From: an uncultured virus (IMG/VR IMGVR_UViG_3300024500_000029)
Lineage: Duplodnaviria > Heunggongvirae > Uroviricota > Caudoviricetes
Direction: 5' to 3' (one strand)
IMG/VR virus record: IMGVR_UViG_3300024500_000029
Length of the DNA stretch: 64,000 nt
Every line of letters begins with the position of its first letter. The stretch's first letter is position 1. Shown one piece after another: positions 20,786 through 31,627 of the stretch. The notes below the pieces were generated by a model. The model searched no databases, was not told where the DNA came from, and saw nothing but the letters and a program-made list of their open reading frames with translations. The translations under genes were made by a program, and so were the position numbers.

Positions 20786-21988
20786 ATGTTTTCAAAAACT
20801 ATTCCTAGTGCAAGCTTTTGTAGTTTGCCGTTCACGCACCAGTACAGAAATACTAACGGAGAAATAGCTCTATGCTGTGATAACGCTTTTAATGTACTGG
20901 AAAAAACTCCACAGGAATCTATGCTGGATGTTTTTAATTCTCATCGTATGAACAGTCTTAGGAATATGATGTTGAATGGGGAAAGATCTAGTGACTGTGC
21001 TGTTTGTTATAAAATGGAAGATAAGGGTCTATATAGTCCACGACAACGAGCTAACGAATGGTGGTGCAATAGAGAACCATCTGCACTGGATGACCAAATT
21101 ACAAAATTTAAAAATGATGAAACATTAACACCGGTTAGTCTTGATATAAGATTTAGTAGTAAATGCGCACTAAAATGTAGAACCTGTAATCCACATAATA
21201 GCAGCACAATAGCTGCTGAGGTAAACACATTTAGAGAAAATAAACTAAACATACCTGTAAGTATAGATCAAGAATATTTTCTAGAACATACCACACGCCC
21301 TGCTCCCTGGACTGCTCAGGAAGTCCCACTTAGTCCCAACCTAAAAGTACTTAATATAGTTGGTGGCGAACCTTTAATAGAAGAAGAAAATAATAATCTA
21401 CTAGAACGAGTAGCAGAATTGAACGCAGACCCTGAAATAAGAATAAACACAAGCTTTGCGAGAAAAAATAATAAACTTAAAGAAATAATTAAAAATTTTA
21501 ATCACGTATTGTTTATTGTAAGTCTAGACGGGATTGGTAGTTTAAATGATTATATAAGACACGGCAGCAATTTTCTGGAAGTCTTGGAAAATATAGAACT
21601 TAATAGAAAAAACCTCTGCGCTTTTAATACTACAGTCAGTATCTATAATGTTCTGTATCTAGCTGATATAATAGAGTACATTTCGGAGAATTATCCGAAC
21701 ACTTACCATCTTATAAATCTTACAAGTAATCATAGTCCTACTGAATTACACAATACACCACCAGAATTCCGTAATATTATTATAGAAAAGCTTGAGCAAA
21801 TTAAAAGCAAAAAACTTAATACTATAATAGAACTTACAGAACTAGATAATGTAATTAATGTACTTAAACAAGACAACTTTAATACAGATAGTTTTCAGAA
21901 ATTTATAGATTTTACTAGATTTATTGACCAGCAGCGTGGAGAGTTGATAGGCAATATAGTACCAGATTATAATAAATACTTTGAATAA
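20786..21988 (+). CDS. Radical SAM protein with N-terminal SPASM/twitch-like Cys cluster
   Basis: CALKCRTC (CxxxCxxC), GGEP and SLDG motifs; N-terminal CSLPF...CC...CAVC. Confidence 0.85.
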   Translation: MFSKTIPSASFCSLPFTHQYRNTNGEIALCCDNAFNVLEKTPQESMLDVFNSHRMNSLRNMMLNGERSSDCAVCYKMEDKGLYSPRQRANEWWCNREPSALDDQITKFKNDETLTPVSLDIRFSSKCALKCRTCNPHNSSTIAAEVNTFRENKLNIPVSIDQEYFLEHTTRPAPWTAQEVPLSPNLKVLNIVGGEPLIEEENNNLLERVAELNADPEIRINTSFARKNNKLKEIIKNFNHVLFIVSLDGIGSLNDYIRHGSNFLEVLENIELNRKNLCAFNTTVSIYNVLYLADIIEYISENYPNTYHLINLTSNHSPTELHNTPPEFRNIIIEKLEQIKSKKLNTIIELTELDNVINVLKQDNFNTDSFQKFIDFTRFIDQQRGELIGNIVPDYNKYFE

Positions 21989-21998
21989 AGGATCTATT

Positions 21999-22808
21999 AT
22001 GAAAAAAATACTGTTGTTTCTATTATTAACTTTAAGTAATTTAGCTTATGCCTGGGACCAGACTCCGCCATTACCAGTGGAACGCTGTCAGGTACATAAT
22101 CCCTGGGGCTGGGCACAGACTACCAAACAAGTGACCGCTATATGCCGTCGAGCTTATTTTGTTGCCTACGATGCTGCTGCAAAAATACCTAATTATGTAA
22201 CATATACACTAACACCAGCTAACGCTCTTGGCTGCTGGCCACGGACTAATGCTTTTGTAGCAGATGAAAGTGTCCCCAATGGTCCAACTCCCAGCGACTA
22301 CGCTGGCACAGGCTACGACAAAGGACACGCAGTACCAGATGGTGATCTAAGCTGGGACCAACAAGTAGAGTACGAAAGCTTTTTGATGACAAATATGTAT
22401 CCACAACTAGGTGGACTCAATAGAGGCATTTGGAAACTATTAGAAACATCAGTGCGTGGCTGGGCAGTGCAGACCAATAATGTCTACACTATCTACGTTG
22501 GTGGTGTTTATGACACAGCTACCGATAAAAAAATTGGACGTGGCGTAGTAGTACCCACAGGATTTTATAAGATAGTTATAAATCAAAATACAGGAGCTAT
22601 GGCTGGTTGGTATTTTAAACACGAAGGCGGTCAGGGAAATGATCTAACTAAAGTTCGTGCAAGTATTGCAGCTATTCAACAAAAGGCTGGCGTTACTTTT
22701 TCTTTTCCAGCCAATGCCAGGGAATTACCAGTGGGCCAAGAATGGCCAGTTGACTACGGAGCTCTAACCAATGCAAAACGTCAAAAATGTAAAGGATCCG
22801 GGGAATAA
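21999..22808 (+). CDS. DNA/RNA non-specific endonuclease (NucA/EndoG family) with signal peptide
   Basis: YDKGH active-site motif, TNMYPQ...LNRGIW and VPTGFYKIV; N-terminus MKKILLFLLLTLSNLAYA. Confidence 0.88.
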   Translation: MKKILLFLLLTLSNLAYAWDQTPPLPVERCQVHNPWGWAQTTKQVTAICRRAYFVAYDAAAKIPNYVTYTLTPANALGCWPRTNAFVADESVPNGPTPSDYAGTGYDKGHAVPDGDLSWDQQVEYESFLMTNMYPQLGGLNRGIWKLLETSVRGWAVQTNNVYTIYVGGVYDTATDKKIGRGVVVPTGFYKIVINQNTGAMAGWYFKHEGGQGNDLTKVRASIAAIQQKAGVTFSFPANARELPVGQEWPVDYGALTNAKRQKCKGSGE

Positions 22809-22850
22809 TCCAGACGACGATCGTCCAGTTATTCCCTACGGAGAACATTA

Positions 22851-23129
22851 ATGCGAGAAATAAAATTTACTACACAGGATTTCGTTAAAAACGAAACTGA
22901 CGATGCAGTGCTAGATCCCAACGATCCCATTTATGAAATGATGCATCTAGCTGGAATAAAGCCAGTGGACCAAACTCCTAAGTTTAGTGAAGGTAGTAAC
23001 ATTAGTAAAACAGCAGCAGAAAAAGCAGCATTAATGAAAAAACACAAAATTAAACCAGGTACTGATGCCTGGTTTAAGCTTTGGTTTAGTTTACCTTATC
23101 TCACAGGAGAAAAGCCCCTAGATAAATAA
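22851..23129 (+). CDS. Hypothetical protein
   Basis: GGAG RBS; IKPGTDAWFKLWF motif. Confidence 0.65.
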   Translation: MREIKFTTQDFVKNETDDAVLDPNDPIYEMMHLAGIKPVDQTPKFSEGSNISKTAAEKAALMKKHKIKPGTDAWFKLWFSLPYLTGEKPLDK

Positions 23130-23149
23130 TATGCTAACTTAATTTATCT

Positions 23150-23644
23150 ATGAGTTCTGAAACTATCAAATTCCGTTTTACTTTTTTAGCAGAATACTGG
23201 GACAAACCGCCAGCAATTATTCTTAGGCTAGACGACAAAGAACTTTTTAATGGTGTTATTACTCAAGAACAAAGTATCCTGGAATTCAAAGAAACAATCA
23301 CCTTCGGCAGACACAAACTTAGTATAGATCGACAGGGAAAAGATAATAGTCAAACCAAATTATTACCTGATGGTGGTTACCAAGATCAATTGTTAACTCT
23401 AGATAAACTTGTTATAGATGATGTAGACATTAGAGACATAGTAAATCATTACAGTTATACGAAACCTATCTATCCAGAGCCCTGGGCAAGTTTAGAAAGA
23501 AGAAAGGGTAATGATCTTCCGGAATATGTGAGAGGACAAACCTGTTGGGGACACAACTTAACCTGGACTTTAAAGTTTACTAGCCCGTTTTATCTTCACG
23601 TAATGAACTGGATGCGAGGAAATTTAAATGAACAGTTCCATTGA
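23150..23644 (+). CDS. Hypothetical protein (paralogue of 32694..33221)
   Basis: Shared pattern P-x-x-I/K...DD...H-x-L-x-I-[DE]...GK...DQ-x-x-TL...DD. Confidence 0.6.
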   Translation: MSSETIKFRFTFLAEYWDKPPAIILRLDDKELFNGVITQEQSILEFKETITFGRHKLSIDRQGKDNSQTKLLPDGGYQDQLLTLDKLVIDDVDIRDIVNHYSYTKPIYPEPWASLERRKGNDLPEYVRGQTCWGHNLTWTLKFTSPFYLHVMNWMRGNLNEQFH

Positions 23645-24446
23645 ACTCTCCAATAAATTATATACTATAGAAGATAACTTTCTTCGTAAATTAAAAAATG
23701 AATGGTTTACTGGCAGCCAAAAGCTTGTTACCAACGCACAGTTTATTCCCTTGGCTAATGAATGGTTTCAATCTACTAAAATTAATGATATTAGAGGCTG
23801 GGAAAAATTTCCCTATAAAGATGTCATAATGGGTTGTACTCAATACATTGAAAGTTTTTTTATTAAGTACGGTCTGGATGGTTTTCAAATACTGGAAGAT
23901 GAATATGCCTATTACAGATTAATGGGGAAACACGGTGTAAAATTAGGCAGTCTAGAGCCAAATAAACCACTGGTAGTAAGCTTCCCTAACTTTAAATATA
24001 TTGATGATAGGCCCGGCTGGCAGGACTTGTTTTCCGAATGTGAGCAAAAAGATATTGATATACATCTAGATATGGCCTGGATCACCACCGCCCGAGACGT
24101 CGCCATAGATCTAGATCACCCCAATATAAAATCTCTGGCAATGAGCCTGAGTAAATATTCTCTACACTGGAATAGGGTGGGATTACGTTGGACAAAACAA
24201 CGTACTATGGATAGTATAACAATTTTTAATCATTACTACGGTGACGTAAACAGTGGCATAACCAGTTGTGGTAATTTTATGATAGAAAACTTGCCTCGTG
24301 ATTACGGATGGAATACTTATCGCAACAAACACTTTCAAATTTGTAGAGATAACAATCTAGAAAGTACAAAAATGATACACGTGGTCAAGCGTCCAGGTGA
24401 CACTGAAAGTTATGGCATAGCCAAGTACTTAACTCAAGATGAATGA
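23628..24446 (+). CDS. Possible PLP-dependent enzyme
   Basis: IHLDMAW and MSLSKY...RVGLR pattern of fold-type I PLP enzymes. Confidence 0.5.
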   Translation: MNSSIELSNKLYTIEDNFLRKLKNEWFTGSQKLVTNAQFIPLANEWFQSTKINDIRGWEKFPYKDVIMGCTQYIESFFIKYGLDGFQILEDEYAYYRLMGKHGVKLGSLEPNKPLVVSFPNFKYIDDRPGWQDLFSECEQKDIDIHLDMAWITTARDVAIDLDHPNIKSLAMSLSKYSLHWNRVGLRWTKQRTMDSITIFNHYYGDVNSGITSCGNFMIENLPRDYGWNTYRNKHFQICRDNNLESTKMIHVVKRPGDTESYGIAKYLTQDE

Positions 24447-24999
24447 TAATCACATAAATCAACACCTAGCAAATTGTTTGAAAAACAGACAAACAGTAAC
24501 TCCAGGTCTATGTTTTGTAAAAGATTTTTTACCCCAAGAATTATTAGCAGAATTATTAAACTATATAAACACGACTAATGATTGGAAACCTTACAATGTT
24601 CCCAGCCAAAAAAATAGAAACGTAATACAAGGCTCAGAGCTTCTTGCTAGATTATACCCATATTTTGACCGAATTACGCCCCAAATAAAATATATATTTA
24701 GAAAACCTAAATTAATTTTAGAAGGAATCACACTGTGGCAGGACAAATACAAATATTATATAAGCAAACATACTGATAATCCCGAGATAGAAGTTGCTAT
24801 ACAAATTTATCTGAGTAATAATTCCTATCCTCTTGCAACTACATTTGTAATTGAAGGACAAGATGTGCAGCCAGAATATCAAGTAAACTCAGGGTATATT
24901 ATGGATAATGCGGCTAGTATTACACATTATCTTTGGCCCCCAGTTCCACAAGAAGAATTACGCCACAGTTTACATATAATTTGGAAACTAGACAACTAA
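24439..24999 (+). CDS. 2OG-Fe(II) oxygenase-like protein
   Basis: HTD...H...R metal/2OG ligand pattern. Confidence 0.6.
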   Translation: MNDNHINQHLANCLKNRQTVTPGLCFVKDFLPQELLAELLNYINTTNDWKPYNVPSQKNRNVIQGSELLARLYPYFDRITPQIKYIFRKPKLILEGITLWQDKYKYYISKHTDNPEIEVAIQIYLSNNSYPLATTFVIEGQDVQPEYQVNSGYIMDNAASITHYLWPPVPQEELRHSLHIIWKLDN

Positions 25000-25029
25000 T
25001 AAATAAAAAGATTTAGAATTTTATATAAA

Positions 25030-26595
25030 ATGGCCACACAGAATACTGTAAATCTAATTAAAACCCCACACCAGGCACAGCTCTGGAGTGCGGACCAGAT
25101 GCGAGAGATGGTAAAATGTGCTGATCCTATAAATGGGCCGCAGTATTTTCTCGAAACTTATTTTTATATACAACACCCTACCAAGGGAAGATTACTCTAT
25201 AAACCTTTCGAATATCAAAGAAGATTAGTAGACGTTTATCACAACTATAGGTTTAACATAAGCCTTATGCCCCGACAGACTGGTAAATCTACCACGGCTG
25301 CTGGTTATCTCTTGTGGTATGCTATGTTTGTTCCAGATAGCACCATATTAATTGCGGCACACAAATATTCCGGTGCGCAGGAAATTATGCAACGTATTAG
25401 GTATGCATATGAAAACGTTCCTGATCATATTCGTGCAGGTGTAGTTACTTACAATAAAGGCAGTATTGATTTTGATAACGGCAGTAGAATAGTTAGTGCT
25501 ACCACTACCGAAACAACTGGCCGAGGTATGTCTATATCATTACTTTATTGCGACGAGTTTGCGTTCGTCCGTCCAACTATTGCCAAAGAGTTTTGGACTT
25601 CTATCAGTCCTACGTTGGCAACGGGTGGTAAGTGTATGATTACCTCCACACCCAACAGTGATGAAGATCAATTCGCGCAAATTTGGAGATTGGCAAACAA
25701 AACTTTTGATGAATATGGTAATGAAGTAGAGCTTGGTGTTAACGGATTCAAGGCTTTTAAATCTAGTTGGCAAGAACATCCTGAACGTGATGAAGCCTGG
25801 GCTAGGCAGATGCGGGAGCAACTAGGCGAAGAAAGATTTAGAAGAGAGATGGATTGTGAATTTATTATCTTTGATGAAACTTTAATTAATCCTATTAAGC
25901 TAACGGAACTAGCTGGTATAGACCCATTACAAAAACAAGGACAAATACGTTGGTATAAACGTCCAGAAAAAGACTGTGTTTATATTGTAGCTCTTGATCC
26001 TAGCTTGGGCACAGGCGGAGATCCCAGTGCTATACAAGTATTAGAACTTCCCAGCCTCTGCCAAATAGCCGAATGGCAACATAATAAAACAACTGTGCAA
26101 GAACAAGTTAGATTATTAGCGAGTATCACAGAAACTTTAGCTGAAGCGAGTGGGAGCCCTAATAATGTCTATTACAGCCTAGAGAATAATACACTAGGCG
26201 AAGCTGCTCTTGTGGCTCTGGCTGAATATGGAGAAGAAAAGATATCAGGTATATTTTTAAGCGAACCAGCTAAGGCAGTTTCCGGGCGCAGATTCCGCAA
26301 GGGGTTTAACACTACGCACAAAAGTAAGTTAGCTGCCTGTAGCAAATTTAAAAATTTAGTGGAAACTGGTAAGCTGAAAATAGCTAGTAAAAGTTTAATA
26401 AGCGAGCTAAAAGTGTTTGTGGCTAGTGGTGGTAGTTTCAAGGCTAAAATTGGCGAGACTGACGATCTAGTAATGTCTATGCTTTTGGCAGTTAGGATAG
26501 CCACCTTTTTAAGAGAATTTGACCCAGCCCTAGACCAGCAGCTGAAAGATAGCACGGAAACTGAAGTTATGCCTCTACCGTTTATAATGAGCTAG
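25030..26595 (+). CDS. Terminase large subunit (T4 gp17-like)
   Basis: PRQTGKST Walker A, YCDEFAF Walker B, ITSTPN motif; nuclease domain ALDPS...DDLVM. Confidence 0.95.
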   Translation: MATQNTVNLIKTPHQAQLWSADQMREMVKCADPINGPQYFLETYFYIQHPTKGRLLYKPFEYQRRLVDVYHNYRFNISLMPRQTGKSTTAAGYLLWYAMFVPDSTILIAAHKYSGAQEIMQRIRYAYENVPDHIRAGVVTYNKGSIDFDNGSRIVSATTTETTGRGMSISLLYCDEFAFVRPTIAKEFWTSISPTLATGGKCMITSTPNSDEDQFAQIWRLANKTFDEYGNEVELGVNGFKAFKSSWQEHPERDEAWARQMREQLGEERFRREMDCEFIIFDETLINPIKLTELAGIDPLQKQGQIRWYKRPEKDCVYIVALDPSLGTGGDPSAIQVLELPSLCQIAEWQHNKTTVQEQVRLLASITETLAEASGSPNNVYYSLENNTLGEAALVALAEYGEEKISGIFLSEPAKAVSGRRFRKGFNTTHKSKLAACSKFKNLVETGKLKIASKSLISELKVFVASGGSFKAKIGETDDLVMSMLLAVRIATFLREFDPALDQQLKDSTETEVMPLPFIMS

Positions 26596-26628
26596 TGCTA
26601 AATACTGGGTATTCTTTAAATTTTAATT

Positions 26629-29600
26629 ATGATCAACCTAGAAAAAGTATCTGATAACCTTTTTAACAAAATTCGCAGCAGATTTGATGGGGTAACTCTT
26701 TACGACGCTGCCTTGAAAAAAACGGAAGATCAGGAGAAAGCTAGATATTTTGTCTTTAATTTCAAAGCTAGCGACAATGTAGAGTATGGTCAAATTACTA
26801 TGCATCTAGGAGAGGATAGAAATCTTTTAGTATTTTATGATATGACTCTGGATGATAAAATGCCAGATAATATCAAGGATGAATGGTATAACTTTGTAAG
26901 ATCGATGAGGCAATTCGCACGACGTAATCGTTGCAGTTATGATGTTCGCGACATAACCGTAGCTGGACTTGAACTAAGAGATTTAAAACACGTAAGCAAA
27001 GATCAGGACATCTTTAATACATCAGAAGTTGTAAATGAAGCCAAAATGTCGGGGACTTCACGAAGTAGTTACGAACATCTAGGGCCTACTAAAATAATTG
27101 TAAGACACAGTAAGAAGGTGGACGAGGAAATACTCGGCGCAAGAAGCAGAAATGTAGCGGCCATCTACGTCGAGAACCACCTTGGTGAACGTTTTAGATT
27201 ACCAGAAGGAACTTCGGTAAGTGAAGCAAGAGCCTATGCTAGACACGTAAAAAATGGCGGCAGGGTGGACGATGAGTTTGGCAAACACATCACTAATATT
27301 ATATCTGAGATGAAAAGTCTTAGAACTTTTGTGCGTAATATGCGTGGCCGTCAATTTGAAGATGCTGAAACACAAACTATGGTAGAAACAGCAATTGATT
27401 ATTACGGCGGATTGCATAGAGACCTACATAGTTTAAGAGGACAACGTGGCTACACCAAATACATAGAAAATTGGGAACCACCTCAGGAAGTTCTTGCAGA
27501 TGATGTCAATCTAGAAGAATTACGTGCAAGATTTGAACGAAGAATTTTTGATGAGCGTATGAGTTCAGCTCTGCCTATAGTTGCTAGAGCCTATAAACAA
27601 AGACGCAACTGGGCAGAATCAGAATTTAAAGAATGGGCTAGTGGCATAATTGGCCAATTTGATGAAGACCTAGAAGAAGAATCAGAAGCCTATAAAGATC
27701 ACCAGAAGATCCGTAAGCAGAGTGGATTACCTAATCCTGACTACTATGCAGCACTTAAAAAATTATATGATAGAAATTTAAATAACGAAATTAGCGACCA
27801 GGAATTAGACACACTGCGTAAACAATTGAAACAAAAGTATAATATTAAAGAAAATTTAGTTGTTGATGTTGTTGAAGAAACATTTGAGGCACAAACTACA
27901 GAGACTAAAAGTGTAGCCAATATTAAGACTAGGTTAGAACAAGCTCTTAGAGAAAGTTGGAAGTCTAAACTAGCAGGCGCAGCTCTTGCAGCTACTAATT
28001 TTGTAACACCAAGTGCTGATAGTGCAGAGTTAGAAACTAAACCCATTACTATTGCTGTTGTAACTATTGGTGACGAAGTCAGACGTTATAATCTAGGAGA
28101 TAAGTTTTCTAGTGCCAAGGAAGCTGAGCAATTTATTAGTAGCGTTCTAGATAAACAAGGACTGTCTGGATATACATTAGATATCAAACACGGGTATCCT
28201 AAAAAAGATCCAGAGTTAAAGGAAGATTTAAGAAAATGGTTCAAGGAAAAGTGGGTAAGATTTGGTCCTGACGGCAAAATCCGCGGGGATTGTGCTAGAG
28301 GAAGTGATAGTGAAGGTAAACCCAAGTGTCTGCCCCAGAGTAAAGCACACGCTCTTGGTAAAAAAGGTCGTGCAAGTGCCGCAGCAAAAAAACGCAGAGA
28401 AGATCCAAATCCCGAGAGAAGAGGAGCTGCCAAGAATGTTGCTACTAAAACTAACGAACAAGAACTAGAAGAAAAGTGGTCAGAAAAATATAAACGCAGT
28501 ATTAACTGCAATAATCCCAAGGGATTTAGTCAACGTGCTCATTGTCAGGGCAAGAAAAAACAAGAAGAATCTACTAAAAAGAAATCCAAAACACCTGCCT
28601 ACTACGGCTATTGGTATCCAGGATTTGGATATTATGCTACCAATGACCAAGGCGGTGAAGGGGGCGGTGATGCTGGTGGAGAAAGTGTAAAAGAAAATAC
28701 CTGCCCTGCTTGTGGTGGACTTATGCTAGAGCATACAGCCCTCAACGAAAAGAAAGACGCCTGCTATTACAAAGTTAAAAGCAGATACAAAGTTTGGCCC
28801 AGTGCCTATGCTAGTGGTGCTCTAGTTAAGTGCCGTAAAAAAGGCGCAAAAAATTGGGGGAGCAAAAAAGAATCCATACAGGAAGCTAACCTAATTAATA
28901 TGCTACCCTGGCCAGAATTGTTAGACAAAATAAGTAGACAATTAAAAGCAATGGGATGGAACGGTCCTAGTCGCAGAAATGACGACACATATTTGTTCAG
29001 TATGGAAGGACGACTGGACGATGAATGGTATATGATAATACTTAACAACGAGGGAAATGGTTGGTTCGAGTATGCCCTTGGCACTGTGGAAGAAGGTGAC
29101 CCCTATATAGGATTCAAGCAACAGTTACCTACCACAGAACCCAGTGTTAGTATGGTAATTGAAGAGGTAAAAGAAGGATTTGATCTTAAAGAGTCCTTAG
29201 ACCCTGAACAAATACGGGTGGGACAACTAGCCCAAGACGCTAAAATTAAAACAGGTAGAGTGATAGGTAACCCACCACAAAAGCAACACGGTTTAACAGG
29301 GAAGTTAGTGGGTGAGCTAGATAGTAGTATTCAAGCTCCAGGCCCTCTGTTATATGAACTCTTTAAAACACCTAAAAAATTAACAGAACAGGATCTGGAT
29401 CTAGCCAATGAAGGTACCTTTGATAAATTATTCCAAGATAATGAAATTAACTTTACCTATCTAGATAGCAAGTACATATTGGACAGTGCAGCAGAAGTTG
29501 CTAGAGCTAAAGACCTAATTGCTCATTATGCTCTTAACAATAATAAAAAAATCAAATATCCTAAATTTGATATCAAAAAGGACAATGAGCTTACTGGAGC

Positions 29601-29640
29601 AAGTACCTGGGAACGAAGTCCCGTAAGCGGCGCCAAATAA
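26629..29640 (+). CDS. Large mosaic virion/internal protein (possible polyprotein)
   Basis: 1003 aa; short basic/Cys modules separated by [LIV]-x-E linkers; TAAATA upstream. Confidence 0.7.
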   Translation: MINLEKVSDNLFNKIRSRFDGVTLYDAALKKTEDQEKARYFVFNFKASDNVEYGQITMHLGEDRNLLVFYDMTLDDKMPDNIKDEWYNFVRSMRQFARRNRCSYDVRDITVAGLELRDLKHVSKDQDIFNTSEVVNEAKMSGTSRSSYEHLGPTKIIVRHSKKVDEEILGARSRNVAAIYVENHLGERFRLPEGTSVSEARAYARHVKNGGRVDDEFGKHITNIISEMKSLRTFVRNMRGRQFEDAETQTMVETAIDYYGGLHRDLHSLRGQRGYTKYIENWEPPQEVLADDVNLEELRARFERRIFDERMSSALPIVARAYKQRRNWAESEFKEWASGIIGQFDEDLEEESEAYKDHQKIRKQSGLPNPDYYAALKKLYDRNLNNEISDQELDTLRKQLKQKYNIKENLVVDVVEETFEAQTTETKSVANIKTRLEQALRESWKSKLAGAALAATNFVTPSADSAELETKPITIAVVTIGDEVRRYNLGDKFSSAKEAEQFISSVLDKQGLSGYTLDIKHGYPKKDPELKEDLRKWFKEKWVRFGPDGKIRGDCARGSDSEGKPKCLPQSKAHALGKKGRASAAAKKRREDPNPERRGAAKNVATKTNEQELEEKWSEKYKRSINCNNPKGFSQRAHCQGKKKQEESTKKKSKTPAYYGYWYPGFGYYATNDQGGEGGGDAGGESVKENTCPACGGLMLEHTALNEKKDACYYKVKSRYKVWPSAYASGALVKCRKKGAKNWGSKKESIQEANLINMLPWPELLDKISRQLKAMGWNGPSRRNDDTYLFSMEGRLDDEWYMIILNNEGNGWFEYALGTVEEGDPYIGFKQQLPTTEPSVSMVIEEVKEGFDLKESLDPEQIRVGQLAQDAKIKTGRVIGNPPQKQHGLTGKLVGELDSSIQAPGPLLYELFKTPKKLTEQDLDLANEGTFDKLFQDNEINFTYLDSKYILDSAAEVARAKDLIAHYALNNNKKIKYPKFDIKKDNELTGASTWERSPVSGAK

Positions 29641-29643
29641 GTT

Positions 29644-29667
29644 AAACCGGGCAATGCCCGGTTTTTT
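29644..29667 (+). terminator. Intrinsic terminator
   Basis: AAACCGGGCA-A-TGCCCGGTTT inverted repeat followed by a T-run. Confidence 0.85.
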
Positions 29668-29802
29668 ATTGGTAAAAATTGCCTTGACTTTACCAAATAA
29701 AATCTATATTCTGTCTATCTATGCTAAATAGTTATGTTACATCTTGCAAGGGGCTTGATGTATCAAGGAAACTAACTAAGACCATCTTAAGGAGAATATA
29801 TA

Positions 29803-30807
29803 ATGGCAACATCACTAGCAGAAATTCGTGCCAAACTACAGGCACAAGAATCAAAAAAATCCGGCAACAAAGAATCACAAACTTCCGATAACACAATTTT
29901 CCCACACTGGAATATTCCCGAGAATAGCACAGCTCGTGTGAGATTTCTTCCCGACGCTGACCCCAAGAACAGCTTTTTCTGGTTAGAGCGTCTAACTATT
30001 AAATTACCTTTCAGTGGAATCAAAGGCCAGGCTGATAGTAAGCCTGTTATTGTTCAAGTACCCTGTGTGGAAATGTATGGCGACGCTTGTCCTATTCTGG
30101 CAGAAGTTCGCAACTGGTATAAAGACGACAGTCTTAAAGAAACAGCCAATAAGTACTGGAAAAAACGTAGTTATCTTTTCCAGGGTTTTGTTCGTGATAA
30201 TCCACTGGGCGAAGAAAAGGCTCCAGAAAATCCAATTCGACGTTTTGTCATTAGTCCGCAAATTTTCAAGACCATCAAGGACAGCCTTATGGATCCTGAA
30301 TTAGAAAGTATTCCCACTGACTATGCCAGCGGCCTTGATTTCAATATTAAAAAATCTAAAAAGGGTGAATACGCTGATTACAGTACTAGCGGTTGGGCAC
30401 GTAAGGAGTCTGCACTAACACAGGACGAGGCCAATGCCATTGAACAATTTGGTTTGTTTAATCTGTCTGATTTCCTACCCAAACGTCCTAATGAGGAAGA
30501 ACTCCGCATTATCAAGGAAATGTTTGAAGCAAGTGTAGATGGTGAGGCCTATGATCCTGAACGTTGGGGCAATTATTACAAACCCTATGGCCTTAGCACT
30601 GGTGGTGACGATTCTGGCACTGCGACAACTAGTGCAGCGGCAAAGCCAACGACTAGTCGTCCAGTAGAAGTAGCTGATGAGGATACTGACCCTCCTTTTG
30701 AACCTACTAAACCAGTGGCCACAGTTACAGCACAGCCTGCTACGAAACCTGCTGCACAAAAGGCTGAAGACATCCTAGCGATGATCCGCAACAGAAAAAC
30801 TCAGTAA
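29803..30807 (+). CDS. Single-stranded DNA-binding protein (T4 gp32-like)
   Basis: VRFLPD, CPI, YWKKRSY and YADYSTS motifs; precedes the UvsX/UvsY genes. Confidence 0.85.
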   Translation: MATSLAEIRAKLQAQESKKSGNKESQTSDNTIFPHWNIPENSTARVRFLPDADPKNSFFWLERLTIKLPFSGIKGQADSKPVIVQVPCVEMYGDACPILAEVRNWYKDDSLKETANKYWKKRSYLFQGFVRDNPLGEEKAPENPIRRFVISPQIFKTIKDSLMDPELESIPTDYASGLDFNIKKSKKGEYADYSTSGWARKESALTQDEANAIEQFGLFNLSDFLPKRPNEEELRIIKEMFEASVDGEAYDPERWGNYYKPYGLSTGGDDSGTATTSAAAKPTTSRPVEVADEDTDPPFEPTKPVATVTAQPATKPAAQKAEDILAMIRNRKTQ

Positions 30808-31625
30808 TGAAACTTACTGTGTTACTGGGCTCTTCAGGAGAAGAGTCTTTTGACATCAATCTGTACGATAATTCCTTTGCTCGAAAATGGGCAAAGGAAT
30901 TTCAATGGTGTCTGGAAAACTGTGAAATCAATCAAGATGAAGCTTTTAGTGGATTATTATCTCTGGAAGAATCTTGTAAAATTTTGATGGATAGTTGTCT
31001 AATAATAAACAAGTATCTTAAAAATTTTATAGAAGTTAGAGATAATATTCTAGATCAGCCTCAGGATTATTTCAATTATCTACACAGTAAGTTTGAAAAA
31101 CTAAGCGGGGGATTTGGTAGCCCAACCAGAATCTTTAGCTTGGCCAACAAGGAACTTAAAGATGCTATTAGAAATTTAAACTTTTATCTGCACAGAGTAG
31201 AAACTAAAATACCTGAAGTACCGTATCTCTATTTTAGTTTTAATAAAGATCAATATAGAAGAATAAGTTTAGATCCACAAGACTATGATTTTTTTGAATT
31301 TGATCTGCCTGCTGGTACATTATACCTGCATTATGCAGAGTTAGGCAAAGAGTTCCTAGATCTATATCAAGACAACCTCCCCATCGATTACCCTGGACTT
31401 CAAAATCTCCATTATTACAGTGGCGAGGCCAGTTTGATATTTTTTCCGTATAGTTTGCTTTCTGACGAGAATTATGTACAATGGATGAAAGATAATAGCA
31501 TAGATCCCTGTGATAAAAAACTAGGGCACGGAAGAATACCATTGGGGTTAGTAGAAGATCTGGAACACTCTTTACAAAAAATAAAAAATCAAAAAAATAT
31601 ATTTAAAATTTTAATCAAGGAATAA
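30807..31625 (+). CDS. Hypothetical protein
   Basis: 272-aa ORF coupled to the SSB gene. Confidence 0.65.
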   Translation: MKLTVLLGSSGEESFDINLYDNSFARKWAKEFQWCLENCEINQDEAFSGLLSLEESCKILMDSCLIINKYLKNFIEVRDNILDQPQDYFNYLHSKFEKLSGGFGSPTRIFSLANKELKDAIRNLNFYLHRVETKIPEVPYLYFSFNKDQYRRISLDPQDYDFFEFDLPAGTLYLHYAELGKEFLDLYQDNLPIDYPGLQNLHYYSGEASLIFFPYSLLSDENYVQWMKDNSIDPCDKKLGHGRIPLGLVEDLEHSLQKIKNQKNIFKILIKE

Positions 31626-31627
31626 TT

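Noticed and set aside
29735..29802. Possible T4 gene-32-type autoregulatory pseudoknot upstream of the SSB gene
   Set aside because: A TACATC/GATGTA hairpin is present, but I could not support a second non-overlapping stem.
310..30791. Numerous short ORFs antisense to or nested in structural genes
   Set aside because: Shadows of long low-complexity + strand genes, with no independent signals.
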